DNA from: a virus
IMG/VR virus record: IMGVR_UViG_3300012147_000001
Span: 1-64,000 of that record
Length of the DNA stretch: 64,000 nucleotides
Reading direction: 5' to 3' (one strand)
Shown: positions 1 through 10,552 of the stretch, in pieces
How positions within the stretch are numbered: the first letter of the stretch is position 1
Layout of the letters: each line of letters starts with the position of its first letter
Notes under the pieces: generated by a model
What the model was told of the DNA's origin: nothing
The model's input: only the letters and a program-made list of their open reading frames with translations
Database searches by the model: none
Translations under genes and position numbers: made by a program

Positions 1-75
1 AAAGTACGTGCAGATGAAGCTTTAGTTAGAGAATCACAAGCTGCTTTAGGACAACAAAACGCTAATCGTAGATAG
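1..75 (+). CDS. 3' end of the upstream virion protein (position of N4 gp51-like ejection protein), partial
   Basis: Open frame KVRADEAL...NANRR* ends with TAG at 73-75, directly upstream of the vRNAP gene; identity inferred from N4 synteny only. Confidence 0.55.
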   Translation, partial: KVRADEALVRESQAALGQQNANRR

Positions 76-141
76 TCGATGACTATGTAAAATGTAATGT
101 GATATGCTCTACCTAATAATAATTTAGGTAGAGCTTTTTTT

Positions 142-3100
142 ATGGCATTAAGTGATGACAAACTTCAAAAACTTCAAATACAAGGTGGTTTAGCTACTAA
201 CAGAGTTACTGGTACTACTCGTACTCAACGTATAGAAGAAGAAGCTGCTAGAAAAAGACTTAGACTTGGTGACGGTAAAGCTGCCAATGTTGATGACTAC
301 GTAACATTAAATCCTTTTGCATCTCAAGAAGAAATACAAAATTTTGGTTTAGAGCGTAACTACCTAAACCAGAAACAAGAACTTTTAAAAACTTTAGAAG
401 CTAGACGCTTTGAGCAACACAATCCTTATGATTTTAGTGAATTAGCTGGTGATACTGCTAATTCTATAGCTAAAGGTGTTCTTGCAGCAGGTGAAGTAGC
501 ATATGGTGCTGGAAATTTATTATCAAAATACAACGTTCCTGCATTACTTTACAACAATTTAATAGCTGAAGAAGATGACGAACAAATTTCTTTAGATAAT
601 CTTACAGGTGGATTCTCACAAAACTTTGCAGAAAGTAGAAATATTCTTGACGGAATGTTGCAATCTGAAAACCAAACTGCTGATATGGAACGTATTGAAA
701 GATATGGTGCAGAGTTTACCGCTAAATCTGATGAACAAACAAAAGCTGAAATTGAAGCAGGTAATAGTGAGTGGTTTGCTGAAGCAAAAAACATTGGTCG
801 TAAAGCACTTGATACTGCTGAACGTTATTTAAGAAACCCTGCTGTTGTTGCTCAACAAGTAGTAGAAGAAGTTCCTTCATTAATAACAGCTGGTGCTATT
901 GGTAAAGTAGCAGCCACAGGTGTTGGAAAACAAGCTGCCGCAAAACAAGCAACTAAAAGAGAATTAAATGAAGTTACTGACTTATTAAAAAAACAAGATA
1001 ATAAAGCAGTAGTTGATAGATATTTAAAAAGTAAAGCTGGTAAAGAAAAAGTAGGTAGAGCAGCAGAAGCAGCAGGTGTAACACAAGCCGCTGTTGGTGA
1101 AGCTATGAGTAATGCCATACAAACAAAAGGTGAAATTCTTGGTTTAACAGAACAAGCATTAGCTGAAGGTAGTCCAGCATATAATGAAATGAGAGCCAGT
1201 GGTTTAAGTCACGAACAAGCTCGCATGAGATTATCAGAACAAGCATTTGATATTGTTGTTGGTTTAACATTACCACTAGCTGCTGTTTCATCTAAAGTAT
1301 CTGGTGCTGGTAAGTTAGAAGGTACGTTATTTCTTAAAGGTAGTGAGGTATCTAAACCATTTCTTAAAGTAGCAGGTGCTACTGCTATTGAAGGTTTAGA
1401 AGAAGCATTTCAAGGAGGTACAGGACAAGCAGTACAAAACTTTGCTACTCGTGAAACAGCAGACAGTACTCAATCGTTAACCGAAGGAGTAGGTGAAGCT
1501 ATCGGAGAATCAGCAGTAGTAGGTGCTGGTACTGGTGTAGCAATCACAGGAATAACTACTGCACCTGAAATATTTAGTGCTACTGCAAAAGATGTTAAAA
1601 AATTAGCTAATCAAGCAGATAAAGGAATTAAGCTTGCTGCTAATTCAATTGCGAAAGCAACAGACCCTAAAGTAGTTAAAGATGCTATTAAAAGTGGTAA
1701 TGCTAGTGAAATACTAAACACCGAATCTAAAACATATAATCCAGAAGATGCAATTAAAGTTTTACAAAGTCAGCAATTTTTTCCTGTTAAAGAAGAAAAT
1801 GAAAGTGATACTGATTTTGGTACTCGTTCTCAACGTTATATTGAAGAATTAGTAACACACGGTCAAAAATATGCATTAAGAGTAATGGAAAAAAATAAAG
1901 ATTTAGACCCTACTAGCAAGGAAGCTATTAAAAATATGAGCGACCTTAAAAGAACTACACAAATAGTTAATGGATTAAAAGCTCAAGTAGGTATTAAAGA
2001 TTTTCGTGGTGCTATTGCTGCATTAAAAACTGACCCTGAAAACGCTGCTGCTGTAAAAGAAATTTTGCTTGGTTCAATGCAAAGCGTAACTACTAGTCCA
2101 ATATCAGTAGAACAAGCTCAAGAAATTATTGATTCAGGTGAGTTAACTGAAAATGAAATAAAAAAAGCTAAAATATTTATAAAAAGTAAAAACAATCAAA
2201 GTGAAGTCAGTAATGCAATTAAAAACGGTGATAAAGGTAGAATTGGTTTAAATCAACATACTGAGCTAATCACTAGTACTGTAGACCAAGGTGATAAAAA
2301 AACTGCTAGAACTTTGCTTAATAATTTAAGTAAATTTAATAAATCTCAAAATGATAAAGCAATTAAAACTAGACAGGCTTTTGATAAAGTTAGAAACAGT
2401 GATAACCCAAATATAGCAATAAACATTAGTGGTGATACTTGGAAGTTTAATATTACTAAAAAAACTCCAGAAAGTTTTATAAACAATATTGAAACAGATA
2501 ACCAAGCAGTAACTGAGACTTTTAAAAGCTTAAGAGACTATGCTGTTAGTGTATTTATTGAAGGTAAAAATAATAATGTTCGAGCTGAGAATACAGGAAG
2601 CACAGAAAGCACAACTACTGACAGTACAAGAAGCCAATCAACTGATGGAGTTTCTAATAGAAACGAAACAGAGATACAACCAGACAATAGAGTTTCCAGA
2701 GAATCTGGAGTTTTTGTTGAACAAGATGGAACTGGTACTGTTGAACGAACAGCTAATGACAATGCACTAAGCGAAGGTGAACAAGCACAGACGACTGCAA
2801 CGCAGGAGGATAGTGCGGGTGAGCCTGAAGCTAATACACTAACACCTTTTAATAAAATAATGGGTGAAAGTGGTAATAATGATTCTGTAAACCAATTACA
2901 AAATAGTATTCAAGAGTTTGAAACTTTAGATAATTTTGAAAGCGTTGAAACTCTTGAAGAAGAAGAAGCTCTTGAAGCTCAATATATTACTAATATTGAA
3001 AACGTTATTGAAAGTGTTAAAAACGTAAACACAGATAACTACGGTCAACCTATTAAAGATATGCAAGCAGACATTATTAGTCAGCTAGAATTAGGTATGC

Positions 3101-6100
3101 AAGATGTTGCAACAGATGTTGTAGAAGAAGCTGCAAATTTTGTTCGAGAAATTAGAGATATTGATAACAGTAATTTACCATTAACTCAAAAAGGTAATAG
3201 AAATGCTCAAAATCAACAAAGGAATACAGAAACGCAGACGACTCCAGAACAAACAACGTTGCAAGAGGAAAATCAAGAAAATACTAATAGCGAACCAACG
3301 GGAAGAAGAATTAATCCAGACAACTTAAGAACTAATTCAGTAGGTGAAACTATTGAAATTGAAGGAGACCCTGTTAATTCTAGTTATTTAACTAACAAAA
3401 TAATGAACAGTCGTATTGGTAAATGGTTTAGAGCCAAAAAGAAAGTATCTGCCTTTAACAAAGTAGACAACTTTTTTGATAAATACGACACAATAGAAGG
3501 TCTTAATGATGAAGACAGAGTTAATCTTGCACGAGTAAAAGTATTTGTGCAAAAGTTTGCTGACACTGTAGATAGTGTCGTAGGTATGAAACCTGAAGCA
3601 GGTTTACAAACTCACTTGGCTCAATTGTTAATGAACGAAGGTAGTACAACGTATAAAGACGGACTAGACCCTAATGTTATGAATGCTATCGCATTAGGTG
3701 CATTTAATTGGATTGGTTCTCGTGGTAGACAGTCACTTACAAGAACTGAAAATGATATTAGAGAAACAGTTGGTGTAGATGACACAGTAACTATTCCACA
3801 AGATGTTGCTAATTTTTATATAGATAAAGGTATTCCATCGTTTTTAGTAGAAGCTGAAATGGGTAAATACATTGCTGATGTACTTGGATTATCAATTGAC
3901 CCAAATTCAGAAGCTCCTGTAGAAGCCAGAGAGAAGCTAGAATTATCATTAGGTGGAATGGCATACCTAACATTAGAAAAAATGGGTATGATTGAAACCA
4001 GAGATGATAAAGGTAAATATCTATACACTACTGCACCTAAACAAGATGCTATAGATGGTTTTTACCAAGAAAAAACTTCAAAAGGTGCTTTAACAGATTT
4101 TAGACATACTAAACTAGTTGAAAATAATCGAACAGCAAGTCTTGAAAACTTGTTTACTGCATTAGCAGAGCCATTTGAAAAAATGCTTGAAATTGATTAT
4201 CAATTTAAACAACCTTCTTTTGAGCCAAAAACAAAACCTCCTACCATGAATAATAGAGGTAATACTAAACTCAGTAATTCACAAAAAGAAGGTATAGATA
4301 AATACAACAAACGTAAATGGAAAATGAATCCATTGTTTGTTGAGATGGTAGAAATTCTTGGTGATGATGTATTACGTGATGTTATGGGTTATGACTTTTC
4401 ATTAATAAAAAATACAAAAACAGGAAAAGTATCAAGTAACAAAACACATGCTGTAAACCTAGCTGGTGCAGAAGGTAAAAACAACGGTATTGATAGAAGT
4501 TTAAATAATCTTAAAAACTTTGTTAATCACCTTACTGAAAAAGGTTTAGGTTACGTAAATCAAACTTTTCATTTTAATACAGTAGTTGATAGTACGGGTC
4601 GTAACCGTATGGATAACAAACTTATTAATCCACAAACAGATAAGCTTCATCGTAATTCTATGATTATGGAAGGATGGGATTACAGTGTTAATAATATAGA
4701 AAGTAGAAACTTTTTTAAATTAGCAGTAGCTCAAGCATTTGGTGTGTCTATTGATAAATTATCAATGGAAGAGTCTTTAAAACAGGTAAATAATTTATTT
4801 GATTCTAATACTGTTGAAGGTAGATTAGTTCAAAATGCTGTACAAGCTATTAGAAAATTACGCAGTACTGAAGCCAAAACTGAAGATGAAATAGCTAAAT
4901 ATCGTAAAGCAATTCAAACTGTCGTTAATCCTAAAAAATATGGATACCATAGTGCAGACGTAGGTGGAGAAGGAGCACATACTTTAGCTGGTTTAATGGC
5001 TATGGTTGATTATTCAGCAACAAAACCTTTTAATGCTAATTTATCGTTAGAGATTGATGGTTTAACTAATGGAACTGCATTAGCACTTTTAATGTTTGCT
5101 CCAAGTAATCAAGCAGACCAAGATACTTGGTTAGCACGTACTGGTATATTCACCAATGGAATGACTTCTTTTGCTCAATACAAAGAGCAAATACAAGGTG
5201 CTCAAGACAACTACGAAGCATTAGCTAGTAGATTAAGTGATAACTTAACAAAAGGTATTGAAGGACAATTATTTGATAATTTTGGTAAGCAATTACTTAA
5301 TCAAGATTTAATAAAAGTAATAAGACCTATTGGTAACATATTAGCTAAACTAAATAATAAAAATATGGTTAAGTTTGGTTTAGTACGTTCTGTTGCTAAA
5401 AACCCAGTAATGATAGGTAATTACGGAGCAGGTGTTACTAAAGTAGTGCAAGAATTTAGTCAGGAAGTTATTAACAATTTTTACGACACAATAGAAACTG
5501 CTGTTGCTGATAATGATTTTGCAAAGTTAGTACAACTTAATGATGAATTAAGTAGAGTAGTTTTGGGTGATAACTACAAAGGAAATGGTGTTGGTTTAAT
5601 TTACATTGATGGTAATGGAAATCCTCGTGGTAAAAATTGGAAACAAGCTGCATTAAATTTTACATTAAATTCTGAAGACAGTAATAAATTTAGACTACAA
5701 GTGACAAGCACTTTTGGTGCAATTATGCGTTTGTCTATGGAACAAGAATTTGGTGAAATAAGAGAAGAACGTAGTAAGTTTAATACTTTAATAAATGCAC
5801 ATAATGCTTTATTTAGAGCTGCTTACGACACTGAAGTTGAAAAAGCGATAGCTGAAAATTCTGAAAGTATTTTAACGTTTAAAAAGAAACAAGAAATACT
5901 TAAAAAAATTGCTAAATTTAAACCTGAAATTAAACATGTTCAATCAGAAGATATGTTTGACCAAATGCCAGTAACAACTGAAATTAGAGTTGATAGTAGA
6001 AATGCTGCTCAAGCAGTAGAAGTTCCAAAAGTTAGCGATAGTTTGCCTAATTCTCCTATTGGAAATAACTTAAGAACTTATGCACAAACACAAACTTTTA

Positions 6101-9100
6101 CAAGCAATGGAGCTAAAGGAACTGTTTACGCAGTGCAGTCAACTGAGTCTGGAATAGTAATTGAAGTACTTAAACAAGATGCACCAGTTTTACAAGTTTA
6201 TGATGGTTTATTGGTTAATCCAAATAACGCAATTGAAGTAGCTCAAATAGCTAACAAAGCAACAATAGATTTAAGTAAAAAAGGTAACTTATATAAAGAT
6301 TTAGCTAACAGTGTGCAACGTGCTATTAGAGGTTTACCTAATGAATATTTAGAACTAGCTAATATTTATCTTAAAGATGAAATTAATCATGATTCTAAAA
6401 AAGAAACTCCAATGGATGTTGTTAAAAATGCTTTAATTAATACTGTAGCTATACAACAATCTAGAGCAGATTTATACGGAAGAATAAAAGCTGTTAATCA
6501 ATATGCATTTCCTAGTGGTGAACATAGTTTATTAAATGAAACTGAAGAAACTAATCAAAGTTTAGTAAATGATTTTGTTTTAAATATTAAAAACAAAAAT
6601 GGTGTATTAAATTCATCACCAGAAGGTGAAACACCTAATGGCATTGAAAAATTAAATACTAAACTAAATCTTAATAATATTGTTGGTTTACTTAATAGTG
6701 CAAGAAGCTCTAGTACTACTAAATCAAGTAATGGTCATTTTGCTTATTTGCAGGAGCTTCTAGGAGACACATACAACGGTTTTATTACTGAGCTTAAGCT
6801 TAAGGTATCTGAATCAAATGCACCTAACAGCGGTGTATACGATTTCACTGCTAAAGAAATTAGAACCAACGTAAACACTGGTCATAAACAAAGCCCTACT
6901 GAAATGGGTCAAGATGAAATCTTAGCTCACGAAGTTGTACATAGTATTACTAAAAATGCTTTAGAAACTAATAATATATTAGCAAACGAAATACGTAAGC
7001 TAATGAAACAAGCTAAAGCTAAAATTACCCCAAAAGATTTTGAAGTAAATGGTTTAAGTTCAGAAGAAGCTTTAATAGCTTATAACTACATATTTGAAAA
7101 CCCGAATAAAACTATTAAAGGTTACTCTGTTGGTGTACACGAGTTTGTTGCTTATGGTTTAACAAATGAACACTTTATGAATTTGTTAAGAGATAAAGTA
7201 GATACTAATTACAATCCTAATGGAGTAGAGAGTACTGTTGTTGGTAAGCTAAGAGCATTTTATAGCAAAATGGTTAATATGTTTTCTGACAAATTACGTA
7301 AAACAAATAATTTAACAGCAGATAAAAAATTACTAGAACTTACTAGACAGTTAATGCAAAACGAATTAAATGCTAAACAAAGAATAGTAAATACCAGTTT
7401 AGTAGAGAAATTTGAAGAAGGCACTAAAACAGCATTATTGTCTTATATTCAGCGTCCAATATTAGCATTACTTAATGCTGACGTATTAACTAGAAATACT
7501 GATAATAAGTTATTAACTGTGGCTCAAGGTCTTGCAGCAATAGGTCGTATAACTGCTACAGGTCAAGTTGGGGAATTTAGAAAACAAATAAACAAAGTAA
7601 TGAATAGACTTGGTGCGACTGAAAATAATTTATTAATTGCTTTAATGAATGAAATTCAAGGTAGAACTGACGAAAATAATCGTTTTTACGAGCTTGCAAG
7701 AGAAGCACGTAAGCTTATTGACCAAGCAAGAGCAGATACTAGCGTTAATATAAAACGACACGTTAGAAAGCAATTTGGAAAAGAATTAACCAGCGATGAA
7801 GAAAAATCTTTAACAAGAGTATTACTTAAAACTGATTTGTCATCTCTTACTCAAAAGTATGGTGCTGAGGATATTCATAAATTAATTACAGACACTGATT
7901 TTTTAACAAGAGAAATTAAAAAAACGCATCAAGAATTAAGACAGTTTGGTAATAATACAAGATGGTACATTAGACAAGCTCAGTCACTTGGTCATTTTAT
8001 GGTTAATAATCAATTTACTGAAAGTTTTGGTTTAATGAATGCACATGCTATATCAAGAAAAGTTGGTCTTAATAGTTCAGTACCCACTAATGCAAGCCAA
8101 GCAGAACCAATAATAGATAGATTAGCTACTTTAACTGCATTACGTGTTACTGCTAAAGAATATCCAGCAGACATGAAAAGAGCAGTTACTGTGTTTGAAG
8201 AAGAATTTACACGTAGTAGTGACCCAGAAGAAAATGGAATCATATTTACTTTAATGAATCATGTTGATTATAAAAAACGAGCATCAGAACAATTATTTAA
8301 TAATAATCCAATGCTTGTTGAAAAAGGTTACATAAGAGAGATTTATAATCCTAATAAAAGTTTTAAAGTAGCTCCAACAGCAGACATCGAATTAATGGGT
8401 AAAGATGGTTTTACTGCTGTAGGTACAGTAGGTAAAGATGCATCTGACCCTAATACAACTTCAATGACTATGTATGTGACTGATATGGGTGCATTAGCTC
8501 CTTGGCAAGCTGGAGGTGTTTCTATCGCAGGTATGACTAATAAAGGTACTAAGTATTTTAATACTGTGGCTCAAACTACAATACCTAATTCACATAAAAC
8601 AGCAGTAAATGCTACAAATACTATGAAACAAAATAAATTAAAAGATGCTCAAAATATTTATAATGGAACAGCAAAAACACAAGCTAAAAATTCATTAGTA
8701 CCTTTGCTTGATGACCAAGGTAACGTAAGTGATTATAGATATGTGATGCAAGAAAAAACTAAAGATTTGTTAGATGTTAATATTCAATTAAGTGATGTAT
8801 TAGGTGCTATGGAAGGAAATATGAAATCTAAAGTGGCTGGTACTGAAATTAACAGTAAGTATGTGGAAGCTCTTGTAGAAGACTATAACACCAACTTTAA
8901 AACAGACCCTGAAAGATATGTGTTTGTTGGATTAAATTCTGACAGAGCAGACTTGGAAGAACTGTATAAAATGATGCCATCAGATATGAGAGCACAAATT
9001 AAAGCAGCAACAGGACAAGATGGTATTTTTGTAAAACAAGATATTGTTAAGTTAGTTTTTGGACAACGTAAGTTTAGTATTCCTCATTATTTTAGAGAAA

Positions 9101-10095
9101 AACAACGTTTAAATGATTTAAATGGTAAGTTAGGTAATATGTATTTATCAAAAGTATATAGAACTCTTGGCTCACCTAAAGCAGCTCATATAGAACAAAG
9201 CTGGCAAGAAGTTATTTCATTTGTAAAAGACACTATTGTTGTAAAAAGCATAGTAACTTTATTAGCAAACATTGCTAGTAACAATGTGTTGTTATGGTCT
9301 ATGGGTGTTGGATTTAAAGACATTCTTGTTCAACAAGAAAGAGCTGTTAAATTTGCTGAAAAGTATCAAGAAGATAAAGAAAAAATTGATGAAATTAGTA
9401 GAAACATTGTTGTAAATCAAAACAAAAAAGGTAATAGAACAGCTTTAATAGCAAAGCTTCAAGCAGAAAAAACTAAATTAGAAGATGAATTAATAACTAA
9501 TCCTGTACATGATTTAATTGAAGCAGGTGTTTATCAATCTATTATTGAAGATATAGATATGCTTGATGATGAATTTTCTTACTCAACTAAACTAGAAGAT
9601 TGGTTAGAGCCTGTAACAAGTAAAATACCTAAACAACTTAAAACTGTTGGTAATACTGTATTAATAAATCAAGGTACTCCTCTTTATGAGTTACTAAGAC
9701 GTAGTACACAGTTATCTGATTTTGCAGCTAGGTTTGCATTACATGAACACAACAAAAATAAAGGAATGGATGCTAAAGATTCAATTAACATGGTAGTAGA
9801 TACTTTTATTGATTACGATTTACCAACACATAAAGGTATTGAATATTTAAATAGTATGGGTGGTATTTTCTTTACTAAATTCTTTTTAAGAATACAAAAA
9901 GTAATATTAAATACTTTAGTAAACTCACCAGCAAGGTTTATTGGATTATATGAATTACAAGATTTGTTTGGTGGTTTATCTGACATTACTGATTCTTTTA
10001 TACTTACTAAAGACATTGGTTTTATGTTTAAAGACCCGATTGAAGCTTTAAGTGGATATTTTGATACACACCCATTAATACAATTACTTAAATAA
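142..10095 (+). CDS. Virion-encapsidated RNA polymerase (N4 gp50-like vRNAP)
   Basis: 3317 aa with T7-superfamily motifs DSTGR, EIDGLTNG (A), RSVAKNPVMIGNYG (B) and QVYDG (C). Zincin-like AHEVVH in the C-terminal part. No Cys noticed, as in N4 vRNAP. Confidence 0.96.
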   Translation: MALSDDKLQKLQIQGGLATNRVTGTTRTQRIEEEAARKRLRLGDGKAANVDDYVTLNPFASQEEIQNFGLERNYLNQKQELLKTLEARRFEQHNPYDFSELAGDTANSIAKGVLAAGEVAYGAGNLLSKYNVPALLYNNLIAEEDDEQISLDNLTGGFSQNFAESRNILDGMLQSENQTADMERIERYGAEFTAKSDEQTKAEIEAGNSEWFAEAKNIGRKALDTAERYLRNPAVVAQQVVEEVPSLITAGAIGKVAATGVGKQAAAKQATKRELNEVTDLLKKQDNKAVVDRYLKSKAGKEKVGRAAEAAGVTQAAVGEAMSNAIQTKGEILGLTEQALAEGSPAYNEMRASGLSHEQARMRLSEQAFDIVVGLTLPLAAVSSKVSGAGKLEGTLFLKGSEVSKPFLKVAGATAIEGLEEAFQGGTGQAVQNFATRETADSTQSLTEGVGEAIGESAVVGAGTGVAITGITTAPEIFSATAKDVKKLANQADKGIKLAANSIAKATDPKVVKDAIKSGNASEILNTESKTYNPEDAIKVLQSQQFFPVKEENESDTDFGTRSQRYIEELVTHGQKYALRVMEKNKDLDPTSKEAIKNMSDLKRTTQIVNGLKAQVGIKDFRGAIAALKTDPENAAAVKEILLGSMQSVTTSPISVEQAQEIIDSGELTENEIKKAKIFIKSKNNQSEVSNAIKNGDKGRIGLNQHTELITSTVDQGDKKTARTLLNNLSKFNKSQNDKAIKTRQAFDKVRNSDNPNIAINISGDTWKFNITKKTPESFINNIETDNQAVTETFKSLRDYAVSVFIEGKNNNVRAENTGSTESTTTDSTRSQSTDGVSNRNETEIQPDNRVSRESGVFVEQDGTGTVERTANDNALSEGEQAQTTATQEDSAGEPEANTLTPFNKIMGESGNNDSVNQLQNSIQEFETLDNFESVETLEEEEALEAQYITNIENVIESVKNVNTDNYGQPIKDMQADIISQLELGMQDVATDVVEEAANFVREIRDIDNSNLPLTQKGNRNAQNQQRNTETQTTPEQTTLQEENQENTNSEPTGRRINPDNLRTNSVGETIEIEGDPVNSSYLTNKIMNSRIGKWFRAKKKVSAFNKVDNFFDKYDTIEGLNDEDRVNLARVKVFVQKFADTVDSVVGMKPEAGLQTHLAQLLMNEGSTTYKDGLDPNVMNAIALGAFNWIGSRGRQSLTRTENDIRETVGVDDTVTIPQDVANFYIDKGIPSFLVEAEMGKYIADVLGLSIDPNSEAPVEAREKLELSLGGMAYLTLEKMGMIETRDDKGKYLYTTAPKQDAIDGFYQEKTSKGALTDFRHTKLVENNRTASLENLFTALAEPFEKMLEIDYQFKQPSFEPKTKPPTMNNRGNTKLSNSQKEGIDKYNKRKWKMNPLFVEMVEILGDDVLRDVMGYDFSLIKNTKTGKVSSNKTHAVNLAGAEGKNNGIDRSLNNLKNFVNHLTEKGLGYVNQTFHFNTVVDSTGRNRMDNKLINPQTDKLHRNSMIMEGWDYSVNNIESRNFFKLAVAQAFGVSIDKLSMEESLKQVNNLFDSNTVEGRLVQNAVQAIRKLRSTEAKTEDEIAKYRKAIQTVVNPKKYGYHSADVGGEGAHTLAGLMAMVDYSATKPFNANLSLEIDGLTNGTALALLMFAPSNQADQDTWLARTGIFTNGMTSFAQYKEQIQGAQDNYEALASRLSDNLTKGIEGQLFDNFGKQLLNQDLIKVIRPIGNILAKLNNKNMVKFGLVRSVAKNPVMIGNYGAGVTKVVQEFSQEVINNFYDTIETAVADNDFAKLVQLNDELSRVVLGDNYKGNGVGLIYIDGNGNPRGKNWKQAALNFTLNSEDSNKFRLQVTSTFGAIMRLSMEQEFGEIREERSKFNTLINAHNALFRAAYDTEVEKAIAENSESILTFKKKQEILKKIAKFKPEIKHVQSEDMFDQMPVTTEIRVDSRNAAQAVEVPKVSDSLPNSPIGNNLRTYAQTQTFTSNGAKGTVYAVQSTESGIVIEVLKQDAPVLQVYDGLLVNPNNAIEVAQIANKATIDLSKKGNLYKDLANSVQRAIRGLPNEYLELANIYLKDEINHDSKKETPMDVVKNALINTVAIQQSRADLYGRIKAVNQYAFPSGEHSLLNETEETNQSLVNDFVLNIKNKNGVLNSSPEGETPNGIEKLNTKLNLNNIVGLLNSARSSSTTKSSNGHFAYLQELLGDTYNGFITELKLKVSESNAPNSGVYDFTAKEIRTNVNTGHKQSPTEMGQDEILAHEVVHSITKNALETNNILANEIRKLMKQAKAKITPKDFEVNGLSSEEALIAYNYIFENPNKTIKGYSVGVHEFVAYGLTNEHFMNLLRDKVDTNYNPNGVESTVVGKLRAFYSKMVNMFSDKLRKTNNLTADKKLLELTRQLMQNELNAKQRIVNTSLVEKFEEGTKTALLSYIQRPILALLNADVLTRNTDNKLLTVAQGLAAIGRITATGQVGEFRKQINKVMNRLGATENNLLIALMNEIQGRTDENNRFYELAREARKLIDQARADTSVNIKRHVRKQFGKELTSDEEKSLTRVLLKTDLSSLTQKYGAEDIHKLITDTDFLTREIKKTHQELRQFGNNTRWYIRQAQSLGHFMVNNQFTESFGLMNAHAISRKVGLNSSVPTNASQAEPIIDRLATLTALRVTAKEYPADMKRAVTVFEEEFTRSSDPEENGIIFTLMNHVDYKKRASEQLFNNNPMLVEKGYIREIYNPNKSFKVAPTADIELMGKDGFTAVGTVGKDASDPNTTSMTMYVTDMGALAPWQAGGVSIAGMTNKGTKYFNTVAQTTIPNSHKTAVNATNTMKQNKLKDAQNIYNGTAKTQAKNSLVPLLDDQGNVSDYRYVMQEKTKDLLDVNIQLSDVLGAMEGNMKSKVAGTEINSKYVEALVEDYNTNFKTDPERYVFVGLNSDRADLEELYKMMPSDMRAQIKAATGQDGIFVKQDIVKLVFGQRKFSIPHYFREKQRLNDLNGKLGNMYLSKVYRTLGSPKAAHIEQSWQEVISFVKDTIVVKSIVTLLANIASNNVLLWSMGVGFKDILVQQERAVKFAEKYQEDKEKIDEISRNIVVNQNKKGNRTALIAKLQAEKTKLEDELITNPVHDLIEAGVYQSIIEDIDMLDDEFSYSTKLEDWLEPVTSKIPKQLKTVGNTVLINQGTPLYELLRRSTQLSDFAARFALHEHNKNKGMDAKDSINMVVDTFIDYDLPTHKGIEYLNSMGGIFFTKFFLRIQKVILNTLVNSPARFIGLYELQDLFGGLSDITDSFILTKDIGFMFKDPIEALSGYFDTHPLIQLLK
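2576..2770 (+). CDS. Putative nested gene (64 aa, helical) in the +1 frame inside vRNAP
   Basis: GAAGGT at 2560-2565 then ATG 2576; MFELRIQEAQKAQLLTVQEANQLMEFL...MTMH*; overlaps a low-complexity vRNAP linker with atypical codons. Confidence 0.5.
   Translation: MFELRIQEAQKAQLLTVQEANQLMEFLIETKQRYNQTIEFPENLEFLLNKMELVLLNEQLMTMH
3203..3328 (+). CDS. Putative nested basic peptide (41 aa) in the +1 frame inside vRNAP
   Basis: AAGGT at 3191-3195, ATG 3203; MLKINKGIQKRRRLQNKQRCKRKIKKILIANQREEELIQTT* (14 K/R). Confidence 0.4.
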   Translation: MLKINKGIQKRRRLQNKQRCKRKIKKILIANQREEELIQTT

Positions 10096-10136
10096 AAAAA
10101 CACCCCCAAGCCGAAGCAAGGGGGTGTATATTTTTA
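10094..10136. terminator. Bidirectional intrinsic terminator between the convergent late and middle blocks
   Basis: A-tract, then CACCCCC-AA-GC-CGAA-GC-AA-GGGGGTG, then T-rich; TTCG loop on the minus strand. Confidence 0.8.
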
Positions 10137-10137
10137 G

Positions 10138-10371
10138 TTAAAGTTTTTGGTTTAGTTTTTCAGCTTCTTGAAGCTTTTCACGTAACCGCCAGACGTATTG
10201 CATAGCATCACCAAGTTCATCAATAAGATGACTACACCATTCAACAGAATTAAGGTCTTCTCTGTCCATTGTGACACCATATTTATTAAATCCAAGGTGA
10301 CTGCGACTATCAAAGTAATTTTTGATTTCGCTAGTTACCCGAACTTCTGGACATGTATTATTTTGGTTCAC
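10138..10371 (-). CDS. Conserved small phage protein, possibly all-alpha NTP pyrophosphohydrolase-like
   Basis: Motif R..LG..KYG.T..R.DL...W..H..DE..D...Y. Confidence 0.45.
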   Translation of the reverse strand: MNQNNTCPEVRVTSEIKNYFDSRSHLGFNKYGVTMDREDLNSVEWCSHLIDELGDAMQYVWRLREKLQEAEKLNQKL

Positions 10372-10552
10372 TTATAATTTCCCTTAGTTTTAATTCATTG
10401 TAATAAACAAAAAAACCAGCATTATACATAGCTAATCCATGTGAACCATCTTGACAAGATTCCCAGTGCTCACATCGTTTACTAATAAGGTCACATTTAT
10501 CTTGAAGTTCTTGGTTTGACATTGCAATTGCTTCATTTTCTCTATTTGTCAT
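10358..10552 (-). CDS. Hypothetical protein
   Basis: 64-aa ORF overlapping its neighbours in an operon. Confidence 0.55.
   Translation of the reverse strand: MTNRENEAIAMSNQELQDKCDLISKRCEHWESCQDGSHGLAMYNAGFFVYYNELKLREIISEPK

Noticed and set aside
608-832. +1-frame 74-aa ORF inside vRNAP
   Set aside because: Leu/Lys-rich shadow typical of AT-rich genes; no convincing RBS and no codon anomaly, unlike the ORFs at 2576 and 3203
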